A stretch of DNA of 64,000 nt from positions 12,152,001 to 12,216,000 of the forward strand of contig NW_024704745.1 in NCBI RefSeq assembly GCF_018977255.1, written 5' to 3'. Positions 48,666 to 60,760 of this stretch are shown piece after piece. Numbering within the stretch: position 1 is the stretch's first letter; the number at the start of each line of letters is the position of its first letter. The position numbers and the translations under genes are program-made. The notes under the pieces are model-generated. The model was not told the origin of the DNA and did no database searches. It saw only the letters and a list, made by a program, of their open reading frames with translations. This DNA comes from Callorhinchus milii (Eukaryota).

Positions 48666-48985
48666 GGAGTCCTGTAGCTCAGTGGTTACAGCACTCGCTT
48701 TGCAAGTGAGAGACCCGAGTTCAATTCCATGCAGAGGGCGAAACCTTGGGCAAGTTTCCTTACTCCACACACCTAATAATAATCCCTCCAAAACCAAAAA
48801 CAATAATAAATTGGTCATTTTCAATCTACGACTGTTTGTGGGACATTGCTGTGCGCAATTGGCTGCCGCGTTCGCCCACAAATATACAGTCAATTCACTT
48901 TACAGTGTGTTCTGTGAAGCGCTTTGGGACGTCCTCTTGACGTGAAAAGCGCTATATCAAATGCAAGGATTATTATTATTATAAT
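48666..48985 (+). mobile_element. tRNA-Ala(TGC)-derived SINE, short subfamily (TTF2 intron 1)
   Basis: About 96% identical by eye to 35893-36212 (about 9 substitutions and 3 indels). Confidence 0.88.
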
Positions 48986-49123
48986 TTGTGGTGTCTATTT
49001 GAATCCCTGTTAGATTTCTGGTATAGTCAGCACATCATGGGTGATGTAGGTGATCATATGTTGCTGCTGTTGAATTTGTTTAATCAACAAATGACTGTTT
49101 ACAGTGTTGTACTTTTCCTGCAG

Positions 49124-49235
49124 GAACTGCTTGTTTCCTGAAGACAGGAGTACGAGATGGAGCCTCCAAAGGAAAGAGTTTCTATATCTGCGGAGCACGC
49201 CATGGATCTCCATGTTCATTCACACAGGTCGCTGA
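49124..49235 (+). CDS. TTF2: TTF2 exon 2 (N-terminal GRF-type zinc finger region)
   Basis: cttttcctgcag|GA...GCTGA|gtaagt; [38 protein letters not shown] versus human [19 protein letters not shown]. Confidence 0.93.
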
Positions 49236-49337
49236 GTAAGTGCTATTTCAGTCTGTGACACACAGTGGCAGAGATAGGCAATGAGAAAATATTGATTTTT
49301 CTGTCTTAACTTGTTGTTATTAGACTGTCTTAATAGT

Positions 49338-49575
49338 TCAGTTGGTAAACTGTGAAAGTGAGCCTGAAAGTCCCACATTTGTTTCTTTGTTAATGCTGAA
49401 TTAGCATTAATTCTACATATTCTCTCGTGGGATGACAGTGTTGTTGCAATCAGCCTCAGCAGCCTTGAGCAAGGGAGGGGAAAAATTGCTGCAGTTCTGT
49501 TTCTGAATTCTATGTGACCCCCGCTGAAAAGTATGCATGTGTGAAAGCAGACTGGACTGTGAAGTTACCTCTCAC
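49338..49575 (+). mobile_element. LF-SINE-like, diverged (TTF2 intron 2)
   Basis: ttcagttggtaaa head, gcaatcagcctcag...agggaggggaaaaatt...gtgacccccgctgaaaagt. Confidence 0.58.
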
Positions 49576-51164
49576 CACCCCTGTTCTATTTTGTCAACAT
49601 TTTGATGTCAGGCTCACAGTACTGGAGTTCTTGAACATAAGCCACTCAGGAAAAGAAGAAGAACAAGATGAAAATGTTGGAGCCAAGCAATAGGAAGCTT
49701 TCCAGGTCCCATTGAGTCTAGGAGCTGGTGCTGAATGAGATGCAACTCATTTAGTGAACATACACACACCTTACACACTTGGCATTTGTAGTTTATTTGA
49801 GGAGGGCTGGCAACTTTTTTTTTAAGGTGTTTTGAAAAATTCTGTCGGGATTGCTGTTTTGTCTGGGAAAGCCTGCTGTATAGTACTGGAAATAACAACA
49901 ACAAAATTACATTTGTGTGGTGCCTTTCACGTCGGGAGGATGTCGCAACGGAAGGGTATCTCGTCAATCGTGGTAACATCTTTTTGTTACTGCAACAAAT
50001 TAACCAAATTACATTTGTATAGCGCCTTTCACGTCAGGACGACGTCCCAAGGCACTACATGCTTTGTGGTGACATCAGCATTCAGCAACAACATTTCTGT
50101 GGTTGACGATCAATACCTTTCCAGTCATGATCAGTCTCTTGGGAGATTACAGGTTAACTACTTTGAGCACTACAGGAACATTTCTGCAAAAAGCTAACCA
50201 GGCTGGAATGTTTCAGTATTTCAAGAGCACAATTCATCCGTAAGGAGGAGCGCAGTACATCTCATATGGCTGCCATGGATGATATCCATTGTAGAGCCAC
50301 AGAACTATGGCACCCAACTTGTTCATGCTACATTTTTGTTGCAGGCTTCACTGTAATGTTCAAATACTTGGAACATTACTTTGCTCGAGAGAACTGTATT
50401 GTAAAATCGGATGATTAATTGTTTGGTTTATGCTTTTTCAGCCTTTTTGTAAAATTTACAGATTTTTAAGAATAATTGTTTGCCTCTGCAATGCAAATTA
50501 TTCCCTGACCTCTTCGAAGGTATTTGTGGGTGCTGCACTGTGACTTAAGAGATGTGCAGAGGTGGTTCTGGGTGACTTCTTGTTTAAACAGTTAAACAAA
50601 TCCTCAGACCTAACTGAAATTGAAGAATCCCCCAACAAGGAAATGTGCCTGAAGCTCTCAAATTCCTACTTTGGTCTAGGGCCAACTAGTTGCACTTTCA
50701 GACCATCTACACACTTGTCTAATTTAATTTGTAAATGCTATCACCAGTTATATATATGTACAGGAAATTGCTTTTGCTGTATAAAAATGAACCGGATTTT
50801 GAAAATGTCTTCCGATTAGACATTGCTGTTCATGAGCACTTTTGGAACAATCAATAACATCCACCCATCAGGAAATGATTTGTCCAGCATATTTACCAAA
50901 ATAATCTTTATTTTTTTACATCTTTTTTNAATCCTTTTTTTAAAATCCTAAAACCTCTCAACGTTTCAGATGAAGAATAGCCTTTTCTAGATTGAATTAT
51001 GGATTAGAAAGTTGTCAATTTCTTTGGCTGAGAATTTGGGCCATTATTTCTGACGCCACCTCATATCCTGGCAGATTTACTGCTAATTTACACTTCTGCA
51101 ATGCTGTTATAATAGTAAGTCTTCATTACCTACAGTAAGTGGTGTTGCTATCTTTCTTTCCCAG

Positions 51165-51251
51165 CGTTCCTGTGTCTCACTGCCTGCTCCATGAAGGTTC
51201 GATGGTGGAACTCCAAGCCCTCTTCAGAAAATTGAATACTGAACCATACCG
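51165..51251 (+). CDS. TTF2: TTF2 exon 3
   Basis: tctttctttcccag|C...TACCG|gtacag; VPVSHCLLHEGSMVELQALFRKLNTEPYR versus human IPVSHCLLHEDFVVELQ. Confidence 0.92.
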
Positions 51252-52096
51252 GTACAGTTTATTATTATATTATTACAAGCAATTTTCTGCCTAATGTATC
51301 GTAGAGCAGGCAATAAAACTTGCATAGCGCACTGGTGGTACCCCTCTGTATTTTATTTTGGAGTGGGGAAAATACTATGCAATTTACCCTTTGGAACAGC
51401 AGATTGTACTATTATTTTCTTGTGAGTTTTTTTTCTAATGTCTAGAGGAACAACGGCTTGCATTTATATAGCATTCTTCACGCAGGGTAAGTATCTCGGA
51501 GTGTTTAACAATGGAGAAGCTTTATACAAAGCCAGGGAGGGAGACCAGGTGACTAAAGGCAAGGTCAAAGAGGAAGCTCTTCAGGTGCGATCTGAAGACG
51601 GACAGGGAGGGGACAAGGCAGAGGGATTGAGACAAAGGTGGAGGGATTGAGCAGAATCAAATGCTAACTTATTTGCTTACACCAGATCTATAGATCTATG
51701 CGAAGTAATGAGCTGGTGTGAACTGAATAGTCTAATCGTCATGTTCCTAAATATATTGGTGTTTGACTGAAAGATTTAAAAAAAAGACATATCCCACTTA
51801 AATGATTGCAATTCACAAATCATTCCAACTCAACTTATGGCTTTTGCCTTGTGGTAACACAACAGAATTAATTCCTTGTTCACCAGATCACTGAACCTCT
51901 GCTTCGTTCCATACATAAACTGTGTAACAAAAATGTGAATCATGCCTTTTAGAAGCATTATGTCTGTATATATGAAACGACATTGGGCAGAGATGCTAAT
52001 GGAAGGAAACCGAATAATTTCCCCCAAATGGGCAATAATTGAAATAAGACTGTAATAGAAGCCATTTTTAATGCTTGTCTTGTCCTCCTCTGGAAG

Positions 52097-52163
52097 GTCA
52101 TACTATCGATGTGTTGAAGGGAAGGCAGATGGAATGAAGTGGTGTGGAAACATACCCTGGCAG
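52097..52163 (+). CDS. TTF2: TTF2 exon 4
   Basis: gtcctcctctggaag|G...TGGCAG|gtatgg; SYYRCVEGKADGMKWCGNIPWQ versus human RCIRSKAEGKRWCGSIPWQ. Confidence 0.9.
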
Positions 52164-53309
52164 GTATGGACTTTTAAATGAAATTAGTGGTCAGAGGCCA
52201 AGGGATGAATCCTAATGCTAATGTTAAGGAATTATAATGTGAGAACTATTGGATTTTTAATATTGTACTTGGAGTGCTGTTACATCAATAAATAAAAAAC
52301 AGGATATTGTGGAAGAATTTAGTAACACTGCCTGTATACTCTAGTGTAAATTTGAGAAGTTTTGAATTGGTAACCGTGTCAGTGTGAAGAATTGGTAATT
52401 GGTAAAGAATCTTAAAATAGATTTGTATTTTCAATAGATCTGTCGCCTAATTTATTTATTCCTTTATGTGAATTGAAAGCTCATGTGTGAACACAACTGC
52501 AAAATTACTTTTGTTTTCAGATTCTTTTTAGATTTTAGAATAAAAGTGTTAAACGTTTCTGGATTGCAGCAGGTCTTCCTCTGAGCCAGTGTGCTGTACA
52601 AGACCACAGTGTGTTTCAGGCATTCGGTACTTGATGCCCTCTAAAAACCACATCAGCAACATTCCACCACTTGCATTCAATAGTTTGCTTTCTTCACTGA
52701 TTTAAAATGTTGACAACAATGTTTGGTTTAAAGAATGGGAACGTTTTAATTTTAACTGCTCCATTCAAGTTTCGATCATTTGATGAGAGGGAAGTGAACA
52801 GCAGTAAGAGTATACAGCACCACCAAATTAAAACACAAGAACATTTGATTCATTTTAAATCTGTAGCATTTGGCCCTTGGTGCCCTTTTAAAAGGTGATT
52901 CATGTCTATAAGATGCAAGGTATCTGGTTGATTTCATGGATTAGAAAACTTTCTTTTCACCTCCAGGATTTTGGTTTACCTGCCCTACACTGATTAGATT
53001 TAAGTCTCCAAGTTATCACCTATATTAGCCATAAGTAAATTAGGTTTGATGCTGTTTCTGATTTGATGTTGATAACAGATACAAATATGGCAAAAAGCTC
53101 CATTGCCTGGCACTTTTAATTCTCACCTCCGTGAGAATGAGTACACGGTAGACATTTTATATCCTTTATAGTTTTTTTTAAGAAAACACTGCTGTTTTTC
53201 ATTCATACATTCATTGTTCCCTCAAAAGTATCATAATAAATGTTCTTTTTTGGATGTGATCAAGGTATGTTATTGCAGTCTTGCAAAGTTTTAATATTAT
53301 GTCTTTCAG

Positions 53310-54398
53310 GAATCCAAATCAAAACCGTCATCAGTTGAAAGAAGTAGCCAGCGTGTTCCAGAAGTGTCCCACCATTCCAAGAAGCAGGAACGCAATCCTT
53401 TCAAAACTAAAAGTGAGAATCACAAACCATTGGATTGGAAAGATGTCACTAAAAGCAGGCAGAAGAACGAGACTGAGTGTGAACAATCCCTGAAGCACAA
53501 CAAGAATGCAAATGAGATGCTGAAACCAAAGTATCTGTTGGAAGCTAGTGAGCAGGAAGCAAAAGAGTTTCTTGAAGCGGTGAAGACTGAGAAAAAGTCG
53601 TCTGACATTGAAAAGATTGACCGCCGTAAAGCAGCTGAAGCAAAAATAAATCCTGGTGTTAAATGTCAGGTAGGAACAGAGGAATCTGATTTTAAGGAAA
53701 AAAGGAGTGTTCAAGATAGAATGTCTTTAAAGCCATCCATACGTTTGGAAAATGAGAAAGGAACAAACTCAAGGTCATCTCAAGCCGGGGAGGAAGATAA
53801 AGTGCACTTATGTAGAAGAGAGAATGTCCGTAAAGAAGTAATGGTGAAGCAATCGTTGAAGTATAGGGATTTTACAACAATAGAGAATGTATCCTCGAAA
53901 GGACAACAGCCAAGTGACAGAGCAGTGTTAAATCATAAAAGTGAAGCCAGGTGTGAAGATGAAAAACTCAGCAGCACTGATGGATGTTGTGTGATCAGGT
54001 CATCCCAGCAGACAGAAGAGGAAGATGGTAAGGAAAGCAACTCAGTGCCGGTACAAAGAGCCAAAACTAGACCTGGTGATTCTGGGCATTGTTCAGTTCC
54101 TTCTCTAAATGCCACTGAATCAAGTAGAAAAACGAACAAGGCAAACAAATTGCCTGAGCTCATTCACACCGAAACGTGCGCTCAAAATGGAGAGAAAAGT
54201 GGCCCCATTGAATCAGGGCAAGCTATACCCAGGAGCGAGGTGGTGGGTGTCAAGCAGACGGCAGATATGAAGAAACCCCAGATAATTAATGGACAGAGAA
54301 CACTCCTATCATTTCCTGGGTTTGAACATGTACCTCAGCACACGCAAAACAAGAAAACTATGCGTGAGCAGCTGACCATTCAGCTTAAACAAAAGAAG
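53310..54398 (+). CDS. TTF2: TTF2 exon 5 (large, low-complexity K/E/S-rich linker)
   Basis: gtctttcag|GAA...AAGAAG|gtaagg; 1089 nt open, phase 0-0; contains RNPFK near the start and ends EQLTIQLKQKK (human YLTTQLKQKK). Confidence 0.92.
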
Positions 54399-55289
54399 GT
54401 AAGGAAGTCACTGGAAGACGGACAATGGCGAGAGACAAATTTCATTTCATTTAACCACCATGAGGGGAGAGGCATTAAAACACCTGGTGACCAATAAGGA
54501 GGGATGTGTTAGTGCGCTTCACAGGATTTCCTGTAAAGTGTAGTGACTATTTTTTAGGCTAATGCAGCTGCTAATTTTGTGCACAATCTTCTGAGAAAAC
54601 AGTCATGAAGTGAATGACCAATTTTATGGTCAATGAAAGAGCTGAAGTGCAGGGTCTGTAGGTACATTATATTACTGGGAATGTGAGGCAACCTATGTTA
54701 TATTTCTCTGCAAGTGCACAGCACGACACTAATAGAAATTACCTCTGAAGTGCTTTGAGACGTTTTACTGTTATAAGAGCTGTGTCAATGCAAGGATTAT
54801 TAATAAAGGAAGTGTTACCTTTGAGACCACAGGAACACTAAAGAGGTTTGGAAAAGGCCAAAGGGACACATTTGTAGCCTCCGCTGCTTTTCATGTTGAC
54901 TGCTCACAAAAGCTTGATGGTGTTTGAGGCAAATTGGAGCTCCACACAAGCGTGAACGTTGTCCTGTACGTTTTACAATGACGTCAGAAGTTGACGTGTA
55001 TGAAATATTACAAATGTATTTTTTGTATCTCTGTTACAAACAACAACTTTGGATGCCAGGAGACGTGCCTAAATAGCAGATAAATTTGTTCCAAACCTCG
55101 TTATTATCGGGTATCTCGAGTTCAGAATTTTTTTTTAATGATATTCATGCATGTGTTAAATATCGTTGGGTTCGGTCATTTCAGCACTTAGTCTAAAATG
55201 GGATGGGAGAACTGACATCTAAATTTAGTGGAGCTGTTTTTCATTAAAAGGCTACAAAGACATGCTTATGAAAACCCTTTGTTTTTCAG

Positions 55290-55419
55290 ACTACTCTGGC
55301 AACTGTGAACATTGCTGCACTTCCTGATAAAGGTCAGAGGTTAATTAATCAGGTCAAAGACCTGGAAGATGCACTCAGTTCACTCTGTCTGTCTGCTGCA
55401 GATGAAACAGAAGAGAAAG
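55290..55419 (+). CDS. TTF2: TTF2 exon 6
   Basis: tttgtttttcag|ACT...AAAG|gtactt; [32 protein letters not shown] versus human STLASVNIQALPDKGQKLIKQIQELE. Confidence 0.93.
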
Positions 55420-55439
55420 GTACTTTATTAAGCTTGCAG

Positions 55440-55556
55440 GGCTATAGGGAGAGCGCGGTGAGGTGGTAGATTGATTTTGGATAGCTCATTTAAAATAACC
55501 AGCACAGACACGATGGGCAGAATGGCCTCCTTCTTTGCTGTAAAATTCTATGATTA
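55440..55556 (+). mobile_element. CR1 LINE 3' tail
   Basis: agcacagacacgatgggcagaatggcctccttctttgctgtaaaattctatgatt. Confidence 0.7.
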
Positions 55557-55700
55557 AGCTTATTATCACAATTAAAATAGTGATTTCTCTGGGCATTGTG
55601 GAAATTAGGGTTGGAGCACAATTTACCCAATGTTAGACATGTAAGAGTATGTTGATAAATGAAGGTTCTGAAATATCTCCTAGTAACAGGCTCTTTATAG

Positions 55701-55862
55701 GAGAGAAGACAACGGATACTCAAACCAATCCCTTTGACAAAAGCCGTGCCTATTTAGATAAATCGGTGCCTTATCAGGATTCCAGATTGGGTGCAGAAGC
55801 TTCATGTTTTAATAATGGTTCCTACGCAGGATCAAGCCATTTTTATACTCCGGCATATGGAG
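55701..55862 (+). CDS. TTF2: TTF2 exon 7 (5' boundary uncertain: 55701 or 55665)
   Basis: Donor GGAG|gtaaga at 55862, phase 1-1. Two in-frame acceptors: ctctttatag|55701 (better pyrimidine tract) and aatgaag|55665. Confidence 0.7.
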
Positions 55863-56353
55863 GTAAGATGTTGCAAATAAACTATCCTTTGCCAGAAATG
55901 AAAAATAACCTTTTTTAAATCTGGAAATGTGCATTTTGTAATCAACAGCATGTTATTTCTCTGTAGAATTGAATCATTCAGATCAGCAAGGCCTTCGGTT
56001 TATTTCTTGGTCTGTGCTGAGTTCAGTGAATTAGATCCACATGGGTTAGTGCGTTTACCTTCAAGCCACTGTATTGAATATCAAATTGCATAACGTTCAG
56101 ATATGTTTGTGTCCCACACTGATAGACTGCAGCCTCTTGTTTGGATTGCACCTACACTGCATTCTGTATACATAGACAGCGCCTAGAACTCTGGTGAAGA
56201 ATGAGCTCAAAATTCTTGTATGTGTGGAAAGCGAAGAGCTTGAAGTTGTTTATTTTTGATATATTTGTATCTGCGGTGAAGAGTAACTCACTTACGAGAA
56301 AGAAAATATTTTTCTTTGAAAACAAACGGATTGATAATTTCTCCCAATCTCAG

Positions 56354-56511
56354 CCACTCCGCATCAGCAGAGCCTATATGGGGGTCGAATGACTGAAGAC
56401 AAGCATCTTGCTGTCAAGAATGTAACGAGCGAGGCTATTGAACATCTCCATAAATCATTGGAGTCCTGCCCGACTACATCAGATGAGGTTGAGATTCCAC
56501 GACATCTCAAG
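56354..56511 (+). CDS. TTF2: TTF2 exon 8, followed by a GC splice donor
   Basis: ctcccaatctcag|CC; ATPHQQSLYGGRMTEDKHLAVKNVTSEAIEHLHKSLESCP...IPRHLK; ends AAG|gcaagt. Confidence 0.9.
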
Positions 56512-56940
56512 GCAAGTGTAGCTGAGATGACAGAATTTTGGATTCCTTTCGGGGAGGGGGAGGTGGGGAGGGGCAGTGTTCTTCATGTCAGCTGCTTCCC
56601 ACCCAATTAGCTGTGATTCTGGCTCCTTTAAATTTTATGTTATCACATTTTGATACACTATAATTAACATACTAATGCCCACTCTGTAATCCACCTTTAT
56701 CATCCTTTCAGTCAATGCAAGAGATTTTTTTTAAAAAAGACTTTATTCCGAGCAACCGTGCAATAAAGAGACAGAATTTATTCAGTTTTCATAGTTATCA
56801 CAATTTTATTTTGCCGCAACTATGTATTTTAACATTTTTCACAATCAACAACGCTTTTAGTTTTTAATAGACTGAATGAAGTCAGTACCTAAAGAATTAG
56901 GGTGGCGGGAAAAAAATCTATTGTCTATTTATTGTTGCAG

Positions 56941-57022
56941 GTCCAGTTGCTGCCTCACCAGATACAGGCATTGGCATGGTTACTATGGCGAGAAACACAG
57001 CAACCGTCAGGTGGCATTCTAG
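56941..57022 (+). CDS. TTF2: TTF2 exon 9 (start of SNF2 ATPase lobe 1)
   Basis: attgttgcag|GTC...CTAG|gtgaga; [27 protein letters not shown]. Confidence 0.95.
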
Positions 57023-57279
57023 GTGAGAGAGTTTTCTGAGAAGGAACTGACTTGATTGTGTCGTGCAGAGCAGTGTGAGCCGATGAGCTCAGCAGTTTGT
57101 TCTTCCCTTTTGGTATGCTTCTAGATGGGGATCAGACAGGAATTAATAAAAAGCACAGTTGTCACAAAGTATGGAAGAAACCAGAAAGAGCTGATCTTTA
57201 TCGCTGTCTTATCTGCATCCTTCCCTCCCAGATGCTGATTCATGTTGGTGTATGATACCATAAGTGCCAGCAGATTTGT

Positions 57280-57525
57280 GACTGAGGAATATGCCAGCTG
57301 AGCTTAGTCCTTTTCCCTCCTCACATTGTAGCATGGGTTACTGTATGGTGATTAGGAACAGGAACTCTGACTGATTTAATCTTCCCAGGGAGCTGAGGCC
57401 AGTTGTAGCATTTATACTGCCACCCAGCCTGAGATCAGCTAACCCAACACAGAGAAGGAATCTTCCCTGTTTGTACGGTTCAGTTAATCACCAGGGAGCG
57501 TCTTTACCAACTGAGCCATTGGGGG
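57280..57525 (-). mobile_element. LF-SINE-like (TTF2 intron 9)
   Basis: ctgaggccagttgtagca...cccagcctgagatcagctaacccaacacag...tttaccaactgagcca. Confidence 0.68.
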
Positions 57526-58097
57526 AAATCTTGTAAAGGGAATATGTTTTAGTGAGAGATTCTATTGGCCAAGACTGCTATCCAGGAAAGGAGTAGTCTT
57601 TATACAAAATAGGAATCCACTCTTAATAGCAAGTGAATCAATTAGCTGTCCCCAACAGAAATTGTGTTCTTTTTCTCTCTTGATCCAATTCTGTATTTGG
57701 TTCAATGGCTACCCATCATTTAACATCCAATATGACTGGGTGTTCTGTCAGCCCTTGTGACATCCACCCGACTTGAATGGTGCTATACAAATGTAACTTG
57801 TTGCAGTTGTCAGTTAAATTGGCACAAGGACCATTCTATTCAAGGAAAATAGACAGATATGGATTTAATTAACTTGGTCCTTAATGAATAGGAAATTCTA
57901 TTATAAAGTCACAGCGAAAATCTGCTGTTTGCTAACAGTGCAGGTTAAACTATGGCTTACTGGATCTCCTGATAAAACAGCCTGCACTCTAGATCCAGGT
58001 CAAAGAGTCTGTATGTTTCCAGTAAGAATCTGTTCAGGAGGGAATCGGGAAAAGATTGAGATTTTAAACTATTTACCCTCTCTCTATTCTTCCACAG

Positions 58098-58220
58098 CGG
58101 ATGACATGGGTTTGGGGAAAACACTGACAATGATTGCAGTCATCCTAGCGCAACGGTATAAGGGGACGAAAGAAAACAAGAAAGAAGAGAAAAGGCTAAC
58201 TGAGTGGATCTCTAAATATG
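58098..58220 (+). CDS. TTF2: TTF2 exon 10 (Walker A)
   Basis: ctattcttccacag|CG...TATG|gtaaga; ADDMGLGKTLTMIAVIL. Confidence 0.96.
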
Positions 58221-58930
58221 GTAAGAAAATGGGGCTAACTGCAGGGAATTTAATGCGAACAACTGAGGCACTGTTAACCCAATCGAATTTCTTTGGGATC
58301 ATCGCAGAACGTGTTTATTCAGCAGGGTATCAATTATCTGTATCGTTTTGGTTGGTTGCTTTATGAATCATTCAGGATCATGGGCAAAGTGTAGATTCAG
58401 TGAGAGGGGGAAAAATGTTCAGAAATCTAGTGATTTAAATTACTCTTTGAACCAGAATAAAATGGTTCTAAAACTGAATTTTGCAAAGCTGTTCATATCT
58501 TAAATTGATATTTGTTTACCCATGGAAGTTGTTGGAGTTGCACTTTCCATAACTTTTAGTGCGAGGCAATATATTTTCCATCCAGAGTTTTTCTTTCTGT
58601 ATTTTCCGTATTTTGCACCCCAGAAAAGGTTACATGAACATAAACTTGTTTGCTGGATGTTCTTCTCTCATCTCTCGCCTCCATTTTTTTCTCCGTAACA
58701 ATATTCCCATTTATAGATAGTCATTTCTTAGCAACTTCTTGTAAAAGAAGGCAGCCAAAAAGCTCACGTGTGCAGGCTGTTCAAAAGAGATGAGTACTGT
58801 TAGCCAAGTGTTGTCCATTTCCAGTGGTAGTGAAATGGCTGACCAATGTAAGGTCTTACTGGGCATTGATATCTTATACTACTTACTGTCTGGCTTCATC
58901 TAATATATTCTGAAACCTTCTTTCCAACAG

Positions 58931-59081
58931 ATAATGCTCCTGTAACATCCAGTGGGACACTAGTGATCTGTCCAGCGTCTCTAATATACCACTGGAAAAA
59001 TGAAATTGAACGGCATGTTACTGGAAGGAAACTGAGTGTGTACCTGTACCATGGAGCAAAGCGAGAGAAACAAGCAAGAGT
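58931..59081 (+). CDS. TTF2: TTF2 exon 11 (motif Ia)
   Basis: tttccaacag|AT...AGAGT|gtgagt; GTLVICPASLIYHWKNEIERHV...VYLYHG. Confidence 0.95.
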
Positions 59082-60095
59082 GTGAGTATTTGAGGTGTTA
59101 CAGTATTCTAGCTCTCAATATACAGTGTGATATTCCCTACACTGAAATTGTGCACTATTATAGAGATGGCACATTTATTTTCCTTATGGTACTATAAATG
59201 TAGTTATTATGCATTTCTAGTGTGCTAGTTTGACAATCCGATGGATTGCTGACTCTGTAGTGGGTTTAATGTTAATGTGAGAATAAGGCCAGGTTGGTCA
59301 GAAAGAGTTTCAAGTGCACTCCATATCATATTAAAAAAGGAAAATGCCTTGTTCTCCCTTAGAATAATGCATAATATAATTAGATCTGATATCCTCTGTG
59401 AGAGCCTTGAAGTAGAGACAAGGCACTCCCCAGGGGGAGAGGAGAGGAAATCATCAAATGAGATAACCTCTGTTGCTAAAAGCCAGTTTAGCAGCAGCAA
59501 TGGAAACAATCTGAAATAAAGACCTTGTTTCTCTCAGTGTCAGTAAAAAGAGAAATATAGGGCAATCCTGCTAAGTGTCTGGTACATTGGGTGCCCAGGG
59601 GAATGATGTTGGTGGTGATCAGATGACTCGGAAATGGGTCATTTTTCAGCGCAGGCTTCCTGTGCTGAAAATGACCCATTTGACCTCCAGCAACATCATT
59701 TCCCTGGGCACCTGAGAAACGTGCAGGAAATTACATCACAAGCTGGTGATCATCCGTATTTGTGCTGTTTTAAAGCAGTTGTTGCCGTATTGGTCCCAGA
59801 GGACTGTTATAGCAGTTACCTTGTGGTGCGGAGAATTCCTGGATAAGGAGAAAAGCACTTGAAACTGATCATCAACCATTCCCACAATGCAGAATTAAAC
59901 CTTAAACTGAAAATAATAATAATAATTCGTGCATTTGATATAGCAACTTATGATTGTTGTTGAAATGTCTTGAAAGACGTTTACAGAATTTTGACTGCGA
60001 AGTGTAGTGATTGTGTATTTACAGATGAAAGCCTATGACTGGTCACTTCATTAATAGCAATCTTACGAAATTGAATGAGTTGTTTCCTTTTATAG

Positions 60096-60204
60096 GCTGT
60101 CAGAATTTGATGTAGTGGTGACAACCTACAGCCTTGTTGCAAAGGAGCTCCCGGTGAAGAAGGAAGGTGGAGAACGTGCAGGCAAAGATGATGTTAAGAA
60201 GGAT
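60096..60204 (+). CDS. TTF2: TTF2 exon 12
   Basis: ttccttttatag|G...GAT|gtaagt; LSEFDVVVTTYSLVAKELP. Confidence 0.94.
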
Positions 60205-60322
60205 GTAAGTTAGGAATTTGGGGAAGTGATATAAGTAATGGCGTTAACAACAACAACTTCCATTTATATAGTGCCCCTCACGCAGGGTAGCACACAAAAG
60301 CACTTCATAGTTTAAATGTGAT

Positions 60323-60760
60323 GCCAGGTTGGCTCAGTTGATAGCACTCTCACTTCTGGATCAGGAGACTGTGGATTCAAGTCTTATCTTGGGACTTGAG
60401 GTCATAGTCCAGGGTAGCCTTCAAGAGAAGTACTGAGGGAACCCTGTGTTGTCAGAGATGCTGTCTTTTCAGATCAGATATTAATTCCAAGATCATGTCT
60501 GCTGATTCAAGTGGACAATAAAGATGCCATGATACTGTTCAAAAAAAAAAGTTTCTCCCTGTGTCTTGGCCAACGGTACTCCAGATTAATTAGTCGTTCA
60601 CCTCAGAAAGTTTGTTCAGCTATTTTGGACAGTGCTGCAAATATAATTTTTGCACAAGCCACTTGTGGAACTTCTGCAAAATAGCTGCTGTGTTTGCCTA
60701 CAAAAGCATTACTACATTTGACAGTAAATACTGTAGAACACTCTTGAGATATTTCAATGC
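60323..60760 (+). mobile_element. Deu-domain SINE (SacSINE1-like), diverged
   Basis: gccaggttggctcagttgatagcactctcacttctggatcagg...gggacttgag...gatgctgtcttttcagatcagatattaa. Confidence 0.6.
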
